Positions 39,249-50,025 of a stretch of DNA of 64,000 nt are shown piece by piece (position 1 is the first letter of the stretch; every line of letters begins with the position of its first letter). The notes under the pieces were generated by a model. The model did not search any database and was not told the origin of the DNA. It saw only the letters and a program-made list of their open reading frames with translations. The translations under genes and the position numbers were made by a program. The stretch is from the sequence record OP557969.1. One strand, given 5' to 3'.

Positions 39249-39300
39249 ATAAGATGCTATAATATATCAGAGTACCTTAACAATATAAAAAGGATTTTAT

Positions 39301-41181
39301 ATGAAACCTATCCGAGTACTATCTCTTTTTAATGGAATGAGTGTAGGATACATGGCATTAAAAGATGCTGGTATCCCTGTTGAAAAATATTATTCATCCG
39401 AAATTGACAAATTTGCTATAGCTGAATCCCAAGCTAACTTCCCCGATATAATCCAATTGGGTGATGTAACTAAGTGGAGAGAATGGGATATTGAATGGGA
39501 CAAGATAGATCTACTGATGGGTGGTTTTCCATGCTTCCCAGCAGGAACTATGATAATGACAAATAAAGGTCATAAAGATATAAAAGATATAAAAATTGGT
39601 GATATGGTTCTTACACACACTGGACAGTACCAAAAAGTATTGAGTACTGGTGTTAAAAAGGCTCCCACTCGTATTATTACGGGTCAAGGTCACCTTCCAA
39701 TTGAATGTACCGATAATCATCCATTTTGGAGTAGGGAACGTCTAGCCAATAAATGGAATAATCAACGCCGAAGATATGATTCTGTGTTTTCTGAACCGCA
39801 ATGGGTAAATGCTATAGATCTTACTAAACAAAGTTATATTTGTAATGTTAAAAATATTACACATAATACTGTAAGTGATAAAGATGAAAAATATTGGTAT
39901 TTTGTTGGTCGTTTTATGGGTGATGGATGTGCTAGTGTATCTAATAACAAATACAGTATTACTATTGTAGATTCATTAGATAAAGTTGATGAATTGAAAA
40001 AATGCTTTGATGATTTTGGATACAAATACACATTAGCTATTAAAGATAATCATGTAAGATGTGATATATATAGCAAAAAGCTTTATGATGAATTAATATG
40101 TATTGGGCATAAATCACAAAACAAATGTTTACCACCTGAAATATTCAATGAAACTATCAATAACAAAGAAGCATTTATTAAAGGATACATGGATGCAGAT
40201 GGTTGTGAGGATAAACACAATAAAAAATACAAATTTACCACCACAAGTTATAAAATAGTTCTTGGTATGCAACAGTTAATCTTAGATACTTATCAAAGTC
40301 ATTGTACTATTAGCCAAACTGTTCCAAAAACAAAAAAATATATAAAAAATAAGTTGGTTAATCAGCTTCCGTATTGGAATGTTCATTTTAGCTATAATAA
40401 AATTAAAAGAGATGATGTAATATATGATGAAATTTATATATGGAATCGTGGTGTAAAAAGTAATGTACCAACCGGAGAATGGAAAACCGTTTACAATATT
40501 GAAGTTGCAGTAGATAACACATATACAGCGAACAATATTGTAGTTCATAACTGCCAAGCGTGGTCAGTTGCAGGTAAACAGGGTGGAATAAATGATCCTC
40601 GTGGTATGTTATTCCATACAATGGTTGATATTTACCAGCACATAAAAAGTCTCAATCCAGACTTGAAAGTACTGTTCGAGAATGTTAAAATGAAAGAAGA
40701 TTTCAAGCAATACATTAATAGTGTTCTTGAGATGACACCAGTACTGATAAATTCCCAGCATTATACGCCTCACTTCAGGCAGCGATATTACTGGTACAGT
40801 ACTGATAAACTTTTTATACCACCTGCATTATCCAATGCACCTAAACTTCAAGATATTATTGAAGATGGTTGGTACACTGACAGAACCGCTTCGTACTGTA
40901 TAGATGCTAACTATTTTAAGGGTGGTGATTGTAACCAGTACTTTAATAAATCAAGAAGACAAATTGTTTTCAAAGAACCTGATATCGATAGGGATTTCCT
41001 TCTTGAACATGGTAAGCGAAATGTGGACTATCGTCATTTAACAGTACAAGAGTGTTGCATGTTGCAAGGAATTGATGTAAACTACTTCAAAGTTAGTAGT
41101 TCAACACAAGCATACAAAATGCTTGGGAATGGATGGACTATGCCAGTTATATCACACTTACTACGAGATATATTCTTTTGA
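39301..41181 (+). CDS. DNA (cytosine-5) methyltransferase containing an intein
   Basis: Motif I SLFNG, motif IV GGFP/C split by the intein, VI FENVK, VIII RQRYYW, IX RHLTVQEC, X LGNGW; 286-aa extein. Confidence 0.93.
   Translation: MKPIRVLSLFNGMSVGYMALKDAGIPVEKYYSSEIDKFAIAESQANFPDIIQLGDVTKWREWDIEWDKIDLLMGGFPCFPAGTMIMTNKGHKDIKDIKIGDMVLTHTGQYQKVLSTGVKKAPTRIITGQGHLPIECTDNHPFWSRERLANKWNNQRRRYDSVFSEPQWVNAIDLTKQSYICNVKNITHNTVSDKDEKYWYFVGRFMGDGCASVSNNKYSITIVDSLDKVDELKKCFDDFGYKYTLAIKDNHVRCDIYSKKLYDELICIGHKSQNKCLPPEIFNETINNKEAFIKGYMDADGCEDKHNKKYKFTTTSYKIVLGMQQLILDTYQSHCTISQTVPKTKKYIKNKLVNQLPYWNVHFSYNKIKRDDVIYDEIYIWNRGVKSNVPTGEWKTVYNIEVAVDNTYTANNIVVHNCQAWSVAGKQGGINDPRGMLFHTMVDIYQHIKSLNPDLKVLFENVKMKEDFKQYINSVLEMTPVLINSQHYTPHFRQRYYWYSTDKLFIPPALSNAPKLQDIIEDGWYTDRTASYCIDANYFKGGDCNQYFNKSRRQIVFKEPDIDRDFLLEHGKRNVDYRHLTVQECCMLQGIDVNYFKVSSSTQAYKMLGNGWTMPVISHLLRDIFF
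39532..40551 (+). mobile_element. 340-aa intein with LAGLIDADG homing endonuclease
   Basis: Block A CFPAGT, block B CTDNH, LAGLIDADG boxes VGRFMGDG and IKGYMDADG, block F VYNIEV, terminal VHN followed by Cys. Confidence 0.93.
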
Positions 41182-41663
41182 ACATGAACAACTACCCCAC
41201 TTATACAGAACGTGCAATGGAATTTAAACGTCAGTTAGCCAAGGATGAATTAGAATTTAATTTGTATTATCCTAATATTGGTGATGAGGTATTGTATAGT
41301 TCTCATGCTAAGAATGGAACTTTACTTCATTCCGGTAAAGGTATTGTTGTGGATATGATTAGTACGTTTAAAGGAAAACTTAATGTAATGTACAAAGTAC
41401 AAGATTCAAGTACTAAGTGTATTCATGAAGTGATGCATAATATACCTACATACCCAAAAGATTTTGTTGAGCTAATATCTCGAAGGGAGAAACCTATGTT
41501 CTATTGTGGTTACGACAAATTAACCAAACAAATTATTCCTAATACTATGGGAAAATTTAAAAGTGATGTAAAATCTGAACTTAATAAGAAATTAGGTTCT
41601 TCATGGGAAACTGAAAACGAGTTTATCGAAATTCGTTTAATTGAAGTTACTATTCTTGATTAA
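41133..41663 (+). CDS. Hypothetical protein (likely start 41184)
   Basis: ORF track. Confidence 0.65.
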   Translation: MDYASYITLTTRYILLNMNNYPTYTERAMEFKRQLAKDELEFNLYYPNIGDEVLYSSHAKNGTLLHSGKGIVVDMISTFKGKLNVMYKVQDSSTKCIHEVMHNIPTYPKDFVELISRREKPMFYCGYDKLTKQIIPNTMGKFKSDVKSELNKKLGSSWETENEFIEIRLIEVTILD

Positions 41664-42222
41664 TTATAAATCCACGCATTGCGTGGATTTTTTCATAGGT
41701 GCATATATGACAGTTCCGTATGTTAAAATTATTAACAATATCCTTGATTTATGGGAAGATGTTATTACCGGTAAAAAGAATCCAATACCAGTACACGTAC
41801 TAACTGGAAGACTACAATTCAGAATGTCTAACAAAACTGAAACGTTTAATAATCATGATATTTGTATTACATTAAAAACACCTGTTAGTATTGTAATTAA
41901 AAAAAATAAAGATGATGAATTGTCATTATCTATTGGTCGTGATAAAATTATTTTAAGTAATTTGTCTGAAGAAGAATTCTTTCAAAGAAGTACTATCATC
42001 GACATGAAAGATTTCACATATGAATCATTAGTAGAACTCAATACACGTTTTGATGATATTCAGGAACGATTGCGACCAATACTCCGTAGAGAAGAAGAAG
42101 CCTGGATTGAAAGTATGAAGAAGATGCAAGAAATGTTAAAAGAAAATATTAACAATCTTGGTAAAACAACAATGGAAATTGGTAAAACTTTAAAACTCAA
42201 CTTTTCAAAGGATCGTAAATGA
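41641..42222 (+). CDS. EExxFQxS-family paralog (likely start ~41707)
   Basis: SEEEFFQRSTIID. Confidence 0.75.
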   Translation: MKLLFLINYKSTHCVDFFIGAYMTVPYVKIINNILDLWEDVITGKKNPIPVHVLTGRLQFRMSNKTETFNNHDICITLKTPVSIVIKKNKDDELSLSIGRDKIILSNLSEEEFFQRSTIIDMKDFTYESLVELNTRFDDIQERLRPILRREEEAWIESMKKMQEMLKENINNLGKTTMEIGKTLKLNFSKDRK

Positions 42223-42671
42223 AAATCGATGAACTGATTTATATTTTAGGTAACTTGCACAAAATATTGTTACATCGCAACGAGATGAATAAACTAGGGT
42301 ATAATATAACTAATTTAAATGAAACATCATTTAAATATAACTCAATCACTGGTGGAAATTATAATATTGTGTATTGTCATGAAACTGACCCTGACTGCTA
42401 TCAACTTACGTTATACTTTTATCCAACAAACCCTACCATTGTTCAAGACATATCATCAATATCACTTGACCCAGATGGTGAAATGAGTATAGAATATAGC
42501 TATGATTCTAAAAAAGAATGTTACGTTGAAGATATGAAAAATATGTTTAACGATGCATATGTGTTCCAGCTAAGTACTGTACATGATGTTGGAAGTACTA
42601 ATGGGCAATTTTGGAATACATGCTATTATCATATGATTGGAATTTGTAAATTACTAAAAGGCGATGATTAA
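42219..42671 (+). CDS. EExxFQxS-family paralog
   Basis: NDAYVFQLSTVHD. Confidence 0.7.
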   Translation: MKIDELIYILGNLHKILLHRNEMNKLGYNITNLNETSFKYNSITGGNYNIVYCHETDPDCYQLTLYFYPTNPTIVQDISSISLDPDGEMSIEYSYDSKKECYVEDMKNMFNDAYVFQLSTVHDVGSTNGQFWNTCYYHMIGICKLLKGDD

Positions 42672-43054
42672 TGAAATACAGCATTGAAGTACATTACACT
42701 ACTGGTGATACTGAAAATCAATATAACATAGTTAAGACCATTGATGTTCAATGGGATACTAAAGAGGAAGCAGTTGCTGCTTTACAGTGTCTAAAAGAGC
42801 ATTGGGTGTTTTATATGAAGCAAGATAATTGCCATACAAAAGAACGCGAAACTATCGTTAAAAATGCTAAACAAAAAGAGTGGTTTGACCCAATTTCACC
42901 AGAATATTCATTTTTGGTTAAAGTTGGTGGCGTGACAGTACCCTTACGAACACCGTGGAACGGCTACTTTGAAACTCTTCATAATGCACGAGTTGTCGCT
43001 GTTGACAATCCTGAACAAATCGATTTTGATTCATTGGACTGGAAAAAATTATGA
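42671..43054 (+). CDS. Hypothetical protein
   Basis: ORF track. Confidence 0.7.
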   Translation: MKYSIEVHYTTGDTENQYNIVKTIDVQWDTKEEAVAALQCLKEHWVFYMKQDNCHTKERETIVKNAKQKEWFDPISPEYSFLVKVGGVTVPLRTPWNGYFETLHNARVVAVDNPEQIDFDSLDWKKL

Positions 43055-43494
43055 CAGTACTGCACCAATTGAAGAAGGTTAAGCATCCAGTTGTATATGA
43101 GGACTGGAAACGTCAGAAGCTGATGGGTGACTTTTATTACCCAAAATCTAAAGTTCTTGCGAATTCAAGATGTACATATATCAAACATAACGATAAAGAT
43201 ACAGTATTTGTTGAAATGGGGTTCAATCCATCAAATACAATGTTCAGTACTAACCAAACATTTTACAAATTTCATATCCAAAAAGATGTATTTTCTATTA
43301 AAATTATAAAACATTTAGTTGAAGATCTGGTATACAGTGAAGAAAGAGTTCCTTTATCATTAGTGGATATTCCTTATAATAATTTAGAGGAAATGTACTT
43401 CCAACAGTTGACAGTACAAGAAAACTTTGGTATGATAGGACTTCAAGAGTTAGAGATGATTAAGCAAATTCGTGATATCTACTTTAAGGGGTAA
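43051..43494 (+). CDS. EExxFQxS-family paralog
   Basis: LEEMYFQQLTVQE. Confidence 0.7.
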   Translation: MTVLHQLKKVKHPVVYEDWKRQKLMGDFYYPKSKVLANSRCTYIKHNDKDTVFVEMGFNPSNTMFSTNQTFYKFHIQKDVFSIKIIKHLVEDLVYSEERVPLSLVDIPYNNLEEMYFQQLTVQENFGMIGLQELEMIKQIRDIYFKG

Positions 43495-43496
43495 CT

Positions 43497-43640
43497 ATGC
43501 CAGTACGTAACAGTACTTCACGCTTTACGCTTCAACAGAAAGCAGATCTTTTGAATATGGCAAACAAAGATTCTAATTATTACTATCTAGTACTCGGTGG
43601 TTCAGTTGAAAAGATTGACCTACGTGCGTGTATGAAATAA
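43497..43640 (+). CDS. 47-aa microprotein
   Basis: GGGG RBS; MPVRNSTSRFTLQQKADLLNM... Confidence 0.5.
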   Translation: MPVRNSTSRFTLQQKADLLNMANKDSNYYYLVLGGSVEKIDLRACMK

Positions 43641-43963
43641 CAAAGGGGATAAAATGAGCTTACGTGAATCATGGGAACAATTTAAAGAAGAGATTGGTTA
43701 TCGTGGTGTTAAGATTGAACAAATCAATCGTACTGAAAGCATCAAAGCTAGTACTAATGGAACTACCTATGATCGTTATGATGAAAAGTATGGTTTACAT
43801 TCTAAACCAAAGGATACTGAATAATGGTGTATACTAACATTTTTACTGGTATTATGCGTAAGTTTGTTAATGGTATTGGATATGTATCCAATGACAACGG
43901 TAGTACATGGGTAAAAAATAATACGTCCGAATCTTTAGTGAAAAGTCTTCCGTATTATAAAGC

Positions 43964-43992
43964 TTGACACATGAAAATGGAGTATGTATAAT
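43964..43992 (+). promoter_or_regulatory. Consensus sigma70 promoter
   Basis: TTGACA-N17-TATAAT. Confidence 0.85.
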
Positions 43993-44009
43993 ACTCCAAT
44001 ATTAATCAA

Positions 44010-44597
44010 ATGAGGATATGCGAAATGGCTGGTGTTGATAAAATTTGTGAATTCAGTGGCGATTATGAAGGTTACGAAATGTACAAGTCCAAGCGTAATC
44101 ACATTCAAGTACTGTCAAAATATCGAAAACATTTTCGTGGACATAAAGCAACATTGTATATTTTTGAGAATGGATATTCTGAAGTTTTCACAAGTGGTGG
44201 GTACAGTACAGCTAATATGGCACATATCAACCCAAACCCAACTGAAGATGATTGGAATAGTGGTAATGCTTTTCGTATTTCAATTTTGAATAAAATGAAT
44301 CGATACGACCGTTATTGTACATTCTTTGAAAATATTTCAGAATACAAGCAAGCATTAAAGAAATATAATCAACGCTTACTAATGAATTATGATTACATTC
44401 TTCATGTACCTACTGTTCCAGGTCAGGTTAATGGTCTGTACACGAACAGTACACATGATTTAACTGCGGTGAAGCGTCGTCTTAAACGTATGTTGGGTCA
44501 TGGAAAACTAACTATCAAGATTATGCGTAATGAATCTATGTATAACTTTTTAAATGTTCTTCATTACACATTAAAGGATAAAAATGGAAGCGATTAA
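44010..44597 (+). CDS. Hypothetical protein (likely start 44025)
   Basis: ORF track; GAGGA RBS. Confidence 0.7.
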   Translation: MRICEMAGVDKICEFSGDYEGYEMYKSKRNHIQVLSKYRKHFRGHKATLYIFENGYSEVFTSGGYSTANMAHINPNPTEDDWNSGNAFRISILNKMNRYDRYCTFFENISEYKQALKKYNQRLLMNYDYILHVPTVPGQVNGLYTNSTHDLTAVKRRLKRMLGHGKLTIKIMRNESMYNFLNVLHYTLKDKNGSD

Positions 44598-44781
44598 GTT
44601 TATTTTTGAGGTACTTATTGCATTCATCGTATGTACTGTATCTATTGCTATTTCTTTAATCCCAGTCATCATTTACCAAGTCTATGGTGGCACAGACCAA
44701 ACAATTGATATGCTTCTTCGTTGTTTTGGTTTCTGTATATGGTTGATTATGTTTATGTACTATATGCATATTGAGGACTGA
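44584..44781 (+). CDS. Small two-TM membrane protein
   Basis: ORF track; two hydrophobic segments. Confidence 0.65.
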   Translation: MEAIKFIFEVLIAFIVCTVSIAISLIPVIIYQVYGGTDQTIDMLLRCFGFCIWLIMFMYYMHIED

Positions 44782-44783
44782 TT

Positions 44784-45614
44784 ATGTCATTGGAAAAATT
44801 AATCATTTCCGAATTCCGAAAGTACATCATGGATTGTGATAGAGATATCCAGCGTAAATTCAATGAGTATCTTGACAAATATCCATATTTGATGTTTAAT
44901 CCATTTGAAACTCAAACCGATGTTAAACTTGGATTTTACATTGGGTTTACTCAACGAATTCTACAACAATATGAGATGAAACAGGCAGAGGTTTGGGTAG
45001 AAACTGATTCGAATGAGACGAATGTTTTTTACCTGTACTCTTATTATGCGGAAATTGTTAGTTCAATGACACTAGAAGGGTATCTATTCGTCAAAACATC
45101 TGATATTGAAAAAATATACATAGAACCTGTATCTTTGGATATGGTTGCCCAGCTTCCGACTATCCAGCAAATGGATGCGAATGAATTGACATATTCAGTA
45201 TTTGAGTACCTTAATAGAGATGATTTAACTCAAGAAATTGAGAATATGGTTGCATCATATACTTCAACTCTTATATCTAATGGTTCACTTAGAATAGAAC
45301 TGATTTACGACGATACTAGTACTAATGCAGTACGAGGTACTCGAATTGGAAAAGTTACTATACGTGTTGTCCACAATGATGTAGTACTTGGTTATATTTC
45401 GAAACGTGGTCATGACTTGTGTATGATTAACGCATATGTTATTGACCGAAAAGAATGGAACGATTTAATGCAAAAAATCGTAGACGGAAGTGGAATTCGT
45501 GATATAATGAGTAATGAAACAGTGATAATTAATCCTGATATTGACTGTGATGTATATTTTCCAGTTCCTGGATTTACACTACGTAATTTTGGTAAATTAA
45601 AGGATACAAAATGA
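44784..45614 (+). CDS. Hypothetical protein
   Basis: ORF track; GAGG RBS. Confidence 0.7.
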   Translation: MSLEKLIISEFRKYIMDCDRDIQRKFNEYLDKYPYLMFNPFETQTDVKLGFYIGFTQRILQQYEMKQAEVWVETDSNETNVFYLYSYYAEIVSSMTLEGYLFVKTSDIEKIYIEPVSLDMVAQLPTIQQMDANELTYSVFEYLNRDDLTQEIENMVASYTSTLISNGSLRIELIYDDTSTNAVRGTRIGKVTIRVVHNDVVLGYISKRGHDLCMINAYVIDRKEWNDLMQKIVDGSGIRDIMSNETVIINPDIDCDVYFPVPGFTLRNFGKLKDTK

Positions 45615-45901
45615 AAATTTTAGAAGTTTTACTTGAAAAAGATGCATCTGGTACTCTTTATGTTGGTAATGATTTCAGTCCTGATCCAATTGATATGATA
45701 CAGCGTATTCAATCACTGACCCAATCAATTTCAGTTAAACAACCTTTCCTAAAAGAATTGGAAATTCATTGCGATAAAGACATGGAGCAGCATGATAATG
45801 TTATTTCTGATATCAAAAATCTGTTGACAAAGAATGGATATGTGGAGTATAATCCTCCTATCGTAATCGTTATCCCTGACTTCATGAGAGGAACATTGTA
45901 A
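45611..45901 (+). CDS. Hypothetical protein
   Basis: ORF track; N-terminus MKILEVLLE. Confidence 0.65.
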   Translation: MKILEVLLEKDASGTLYVGNDFSPDPIDMIQRIQSLTQSISVKQPFLKELEIHCDKDMEQHDNVISDIKNLLTKNGYVEYNPPIVIVIPDFMRGTL

Positions 45902-46170
45902 TGACGAAAGAAGAAATGAAATCTCGCTTAAGCGAACTGAAGAAAGAACGCAAACTAGTCCGTTTGGACTGGGACATTCTTAACAAAAAAGATGAGCAAT
46001 CATATGCTAACTGGAGTTCTGATAAAGTTCGCAATGAACGTAGTAAAGAAGACAACAAACAGTTTATGGCACTGTCCAAGCGTTTATCTTCATTGAACAG
46101 TGAGATTACTGGTCTTCAAAAGGAAATTATTTCAATTCTTCGAGCGGAAATTAACTCACTATATGAATAA
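45901..46170 (+). CDS. Hypothetical coiled-coil protein
   Basis: ORF track. Confidence 0.7.
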   Translation: MTKEEMKSRLSELKKERKLVRLDWDILNKKDEQSYANWSSDKVRNERSKEDNKQFMALSKRLSSLNSEITGLQKEIISILRAEINSLYE

Positions 46171-46459
46171 ACATGAAGTATTAGTATTAGATAATAAATT
46201 CTATGTACCAAATGATGATAGTACTGAAACATATTATCTAATTAATAAAATTATGACTGAAACTAATACTTGTTGTCGTCAAATCCCAGGAAAATATGAG
46301 TTCAGTCAGTCTATTGGCTATTATCGTTATAATCCATTGGAATCATTTACAATTGACGTGTTGAAAATCATTGACATTCTTGTACAGAATGGGTATAATG
46401 AAAAACATGTAAATAACTCAGAGTTACCAGTTTCAAAAATCGTTATTTCTAATAATTAG
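46163..46459 (+). CDS. Hypothetical protein
   Basis: Track ORF 46100..46459; ATG 46163 overlaps the upstream stop. Confidence 0.6.
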   Translation: MNKHEVLVLDNKFYVPNDDSTETYYLINKIMTETNTCCRQIPGKYEFSQSIGYYRYNPLESFTIDVLKIIDILVQNGYNEKHVNNSELPVSKIVISNN

Positions 46460-46573
46460 AATTGGATAATAACAGATGATGTGATATAATGTTTTTATCG
46501 GCAGATGTTAAAATGCAAACCATTCCTCAATGATGAGGGTTTTTTCATTAAAAAGAAATAAAAGGGTATTAAA

Positions 46574-46783
46574 ATGGCTAAAGAAATTCACGCACAAGTA
46601 CTAGATATCACCGACTTCGACCGCACTGTGAACTACATTCAATTCCAGATTCATCAAGCTGAAGAAGCTCTTGCTGCATTCCATGGTACTGGTGCAAGGC
46701 CAATCCGTTTTGCTCACCTAGTTGCATGGAAGAAAAGTCTACAAGAAGAACTGTCTGAAATGCGTAAAGCAAATCGTAAGTAA
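46574..46783 (+). CDS. Hypothetical protein with its own promoter and terminator
   Basis: ORF track; TGATATAAT upstream; hairpin GCCCCA..TGGGGC downstream. Confidence 0.75.
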   Translation: MAKEIHAQVLDITDFDRTVNYIQFQIHQAEEALAAFHGTGARPIRFAHLVAWKKSLQEELSEMRKANRK

Positions 46784-46846
46784 TCTGTTTTCGCCCCATC
46801 AATTTTGGTGGGGCATTTTAATCACATAAATCAAGAGGATTAACAC

Positions 46847-47353
46847 ATGAGTATCGAGTATTGGTTTTTGTTTGTGTGTATTGGAACACTTGCATTAATT
46901 ACAATTGGATTAATTTTTAATACAATGATTACTGGAAGTAAGTACTTTAAAACATTCCAGCTTTTAATGTCAGCTATGCCATATAGTGCAGAAGCCGAAA
47001 AAACAATTTCTCTAATTTTAGATAAGTTCGATGCAAATCTGTTAGTTGCGAAAATTTCGGATTGTAATACAAATATGGTATTTTATTCTACCGTCGATGA
47101 ATCAGGTACAAAATATGACAAATGTACATCTCCTATAGTTGCTGAAATTTTTATTGGTTCAAAATATTATGCTTACGGGTATGTAAGAAAATATTATTCT
47201 GAAGCAAAAGCTGAGTTAACGAAGAAACGCCCATCGGTAAAAACATTAAAACGTATCATTGCGTTGGAAAATAAACTTCGTGGCGAAATTAATACAAATG
47301 AACCACCATCAGTAATTAAATCAAAAAATAATATTGTCGTGGAGTTAGAATGA
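46847..47353 (+). CDS. Membrane-anchored hypothetical protein
   Basis: N-terminal TM; GAGG RBS. Confidence 0.7.
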   Translation: MSIEYWFLFVCIGTLALITIGLIFNTMITGSKYFKTFQLLMSAMPYSAEAEKTISLILDKFDANLLVAKISDCNTNMVFYSTVDESGTKYDKCTSPIVAEIFIGSKYYAYGYVRKYYSEAKAELTKKRPSVKTLKRIIALENKLRGEINTNEPPSVIKSKNNIVVELE

Positions 47354-47354
47354 G

Positions 47355-47642
47355 ATGCACCCTGAAAAATCAAAACAAATCCTTATTGATGTACAAGCTA
47401 AATTATTAGATGTTATGAAAATCATCGATGAGTTACCACAGGGTTATAAGTACAAAGTTCGTGAGATGTTATCGTGTGCCGAAACTGTTGTTTCTATGTA
47501 TGATGATGTACAGAACGGAATTATTCCTGATATTTTAAACGATGATGTTAATAATACCGAAGTGAAAGAGACTATCACAGAAACAGAAAATGTATCTAAT
47601 AAAAAAGTTCTTGATATTAGTGGTATAAAAATTAATATCTAA
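47355..47642 (+). CDS. Hypothetical protein
   Basis: ORF track. Confidence 0.65.
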   Translation: MHPEKSKQILIDVQAKLLDVMKIIDELPQGYKYKVREMLSCAETVVSMYDDVQNGIIPDILNDDVNNTEVKETITETENVSNKKVLDISGIKINI

Positions 47643-47770
47643 AATATTCAATAAGAGAATTAATGAATTATTAAATAGTTAGATATCAAAACACATACAT
47701 TCGTAGTTACGTCCAAAAAATCACTTTATGTTACCCAGTCATGTACTGGGTATTTTTTTAAGGAAATAAA

Positions 47771-48163
47771 ATGACTGAATCAGAACTACATGAAATGATA
47801 GATTTCATTTATGAAATGATACAAGATAAAAATATCATTAATACAATTACTTCTGGTCCAAGACAAATTGGTAATCAAATGACATATTCTTTATCTTTAT
47901 GGATAAACCAGAACTACAAAGTTGATTGTTTGTATTTCCGTCCTGATATTGATGCTTATTATTTTGTCAATCATGATGCATTAATGAAACCACATAAGCG
48001 TCCAGTTGATGATAACTTTGTGACACACCCATTTTACCTTGCTGAATCAGAGGAAGATGAGTTTCAAAAGAACACAACGTTAAGCCCAGGTGAAATTTGC
48101 ATCCCTTACACACTAAAAGATAAAATGATTTACATCACAGAAGTTATGAAAACATGCTGGTAA
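47771..48163 (+). CDS. EExxFQxS-family paralog
   Basis: SEEDEFQKNTTL. Confidence 0.7.
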   Translation: MTESELHEMIDFIYEMIQDKNIINTITSGPRQIGNQMTYSLSLWINQNYKVDCLYFRPDIDAYYFVNHDALMKPHKRPVDDNFVTHPFYLAESEEDEFQKNTTLSPGEICIPYTLKDKMIYITEVMKTCW

Positions 48164-48210
48164 GTGCAATGAAACTCAGATATAATACTATGACTTACTA
48201 AGGAGAACAT

Positions 48211-48780
48211 ATGAACTTTATTAAATTCAACACATCTGAGTCAGAAGCATACTTTAATACAAATAATAAATTTAATATTATTCTTAAAGACGGAACGGTT
48301 GTTATCGGAGTATCATTGCTTTCATTTGATGGCGAAAAACTCGAAACTGTTTATAAATTCACCAATCTTGATGGTGATTATTGGGATACATCAGATGTAT
48401 CTAAAATTTGCACACATTATGTATTTGAATCTATTGAAGTTGGTGATGGCTGGGCATTGACCTGCAATGGTAATAAAGTATTTTCTGGTAACATATTTGG
48501 GGTAATTTCCAGTAAAGAAATAGTAGACCATCATCTTCATGTTCTCAATAATAACGCCAACACTTATACACCTGATAATATCAAAATTCACGATATTGTA
48601 ACATATATTGATTATAATGGTTTCAGACATAAAGCAATTGTAACTGAAATTAAAAAACCAAAAAATTATTTCGATCACGGTTTGATTGAAGTATATATGG
48701 TAGGTGGCGAAAAACAATACTTTGAACATTTCACTTATACTGGTTGGGATAGATTCCTAACCGTTATTGAGGAATACTAA
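48211..48780 (+). CDS. Hypothetical protein
   Basis: ORF track; AAGGAG RBS. Confidence 0.75.
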   Translation: MNFIKFNTSESEAYFNTNNKFNIILKDGTVVIGVSLLSFDGEKLETVYKFTNLDGDYWDTSDVSKICTHYVFESIEVGDGWALTCNGNKVFSGNIFGVISSKEIVDHHLHVLNNNANTYTPDNIKIHDIVTYIDYNGFRHKAIVTEIKKPKNYFDHGLIEVYMVGGEKQYFEHFTYTGWDRFLTVIEEY

Positions 48781-49270
48781 CATGCCGATTCGTGGTGTAC
48801 CAGACCCAATACGTGAAATTCTTAAGCACATTCGCATTGAAACACTAGAAGTTAACATGCGTCGTTATAATATATATTACTTTAAAACTTCCGAAATGAG
48901 TTCTGTACAGATTGTCATTGGTACATCTATTAAGATTACTCGTGTACTTGATGGCAGTACTGACTTTGTTGAATACAACGTACTTACTAATAAAGTAACA
49001 CATACATATAAATGGAGTGGATATAAAACTATTAAATATGAGTTTGACTTAGCTAGAACCGAAGAAGAACGATTCATGTTGAGTACTATAAATCCAGAAA
49101 ACTATCCTGACATTGATACATTTTTGCTAATTTTAAAATTGTATAATAAAGCAAATGAGAAAGCTAAAGAGTACAATAGAATCATGTATGAACGCAAAAA
49201 AGAACGTGTACAAAAAAGTTATGATCTGTATGATAACCCATACGTGAAATATAGTAAGGGAAAGAAATGA
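48767..49270 (+). CDS. EExxFQxS-family paralog (likely start 48782)
   Basis: TEEERFMLSTIN. Confidence 0.7.
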   Translation: MRNTNMPIRGVPDPIREILKHIRIETLEVNMRRYNIYYFKTSEMSSVQIVIGTSIKITRVLDGSTDFVEYNVLTNKVTHTYKWSGYKTIKYEFDLARTEEERFMLSTINPENYPDIDTFLLILKLYNKANEKAKEYNRIMYERKKERVQKSYDLYDNPYVKYSKGKK

Positions 49271-49671
49271 ATAATGAAGTTCAAATTATCATTACTCCAC
49301 CTATACAAAGTCTGGATGTAACCATTAGCGATTTTTTGGAAAAATACTATGAATGGTTTAATGAAGATTCAGTCATTTATAACCATTCATTAACGGATGG
49401 TTTTGTTGAGCTTATTGAATTAAATTCCAAATCGCTATATTTCTGTGTCGAATACAATGATTATATGACCGATGAAGCATATCGCTTTCGTTGTACATTA
49501 TATCCTAACCATTTTTCTATTGGTTATAAAGACTATCAGTACTGTACCACTAACTATAGTGAAGAGGAAGAATTTCAGTACAATTTACTTTATCCAGATT
49601 TGGATTATACTATCGCAGTACTGTTGTCTAAAATCATGGATTTTTATAAAGGTAAATGTAATGCAACCTAA
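49267..49671 (+). CDS. EExxFQxS-family paralog
   Basis: SEEEEFQYNLLY. Confidence 0.7.
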   Translation: MNNEVQIIITPPIQSLDVTISDFLEKYYEWFNEDSVIYNHSLTDGFVELIELNSKSLYFCVEYNDYMTDEAYRFRCTLYPNHFSIGYKDYQYCTTNYSEEEEFQYNLLYPDLDYTIAVLLSKIMDFYKGKCNAT

Positions 49672-49846
49672 AACATTCGATGAGTGGTATCAAATACATT
49701 ACAATATAAATGCAGCAGATATATACTATTTTAAGCTTGAATTGTATATATCATTGCGTGACCCAGTTGAGTACTATAACAACATTATCAATTGTGATGA
49801 TTTTGGTACATATTTTAGCATTGCAGTTATGGATAAAATAAGATGA
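49661..49846 (+). CDS. 61-aa microprotein, loosely related to the MTHxEW family
   Basis: MQPKTFDEWY...; AAGGT RBS; track ORF 49472..49846 is over-extended. Confidence 0.55.
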   Translation: MQPKTFDEWYQIHYNINAADIYYFKLELYISLRDPVEYYNNIINCDDFGTYFSIAVMDKIR

Positions 49847-50025
49847 CACACAAAGAATGGTTAGATGAACTAAAGTTCAAACATGATCATTTTGGTCTTG
49901 GTATACGCCAGGGTCATTATGATGTGTTAAAAGATAAACAACTTTTCAAATCATTTGTACTTGATGAGGATAGTAATCACTGGTACATCTATGAGCTTGC
50001 GGTTAGAGACAAAAAAATTGACTAG
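49843..50025 (+). CDS. MTHxEW-family microprotein
   Basis: MTHKEWLDEL..FGLGIRQGHYDVLKDK..VLDED..WYIYELA. Confidence 0.7.
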   Translation: MTHKEWLDELKFKHDHFGLGIRQGHYDVLKDKQLFKSFVLDEDSNHWYIYELAVRDKKID

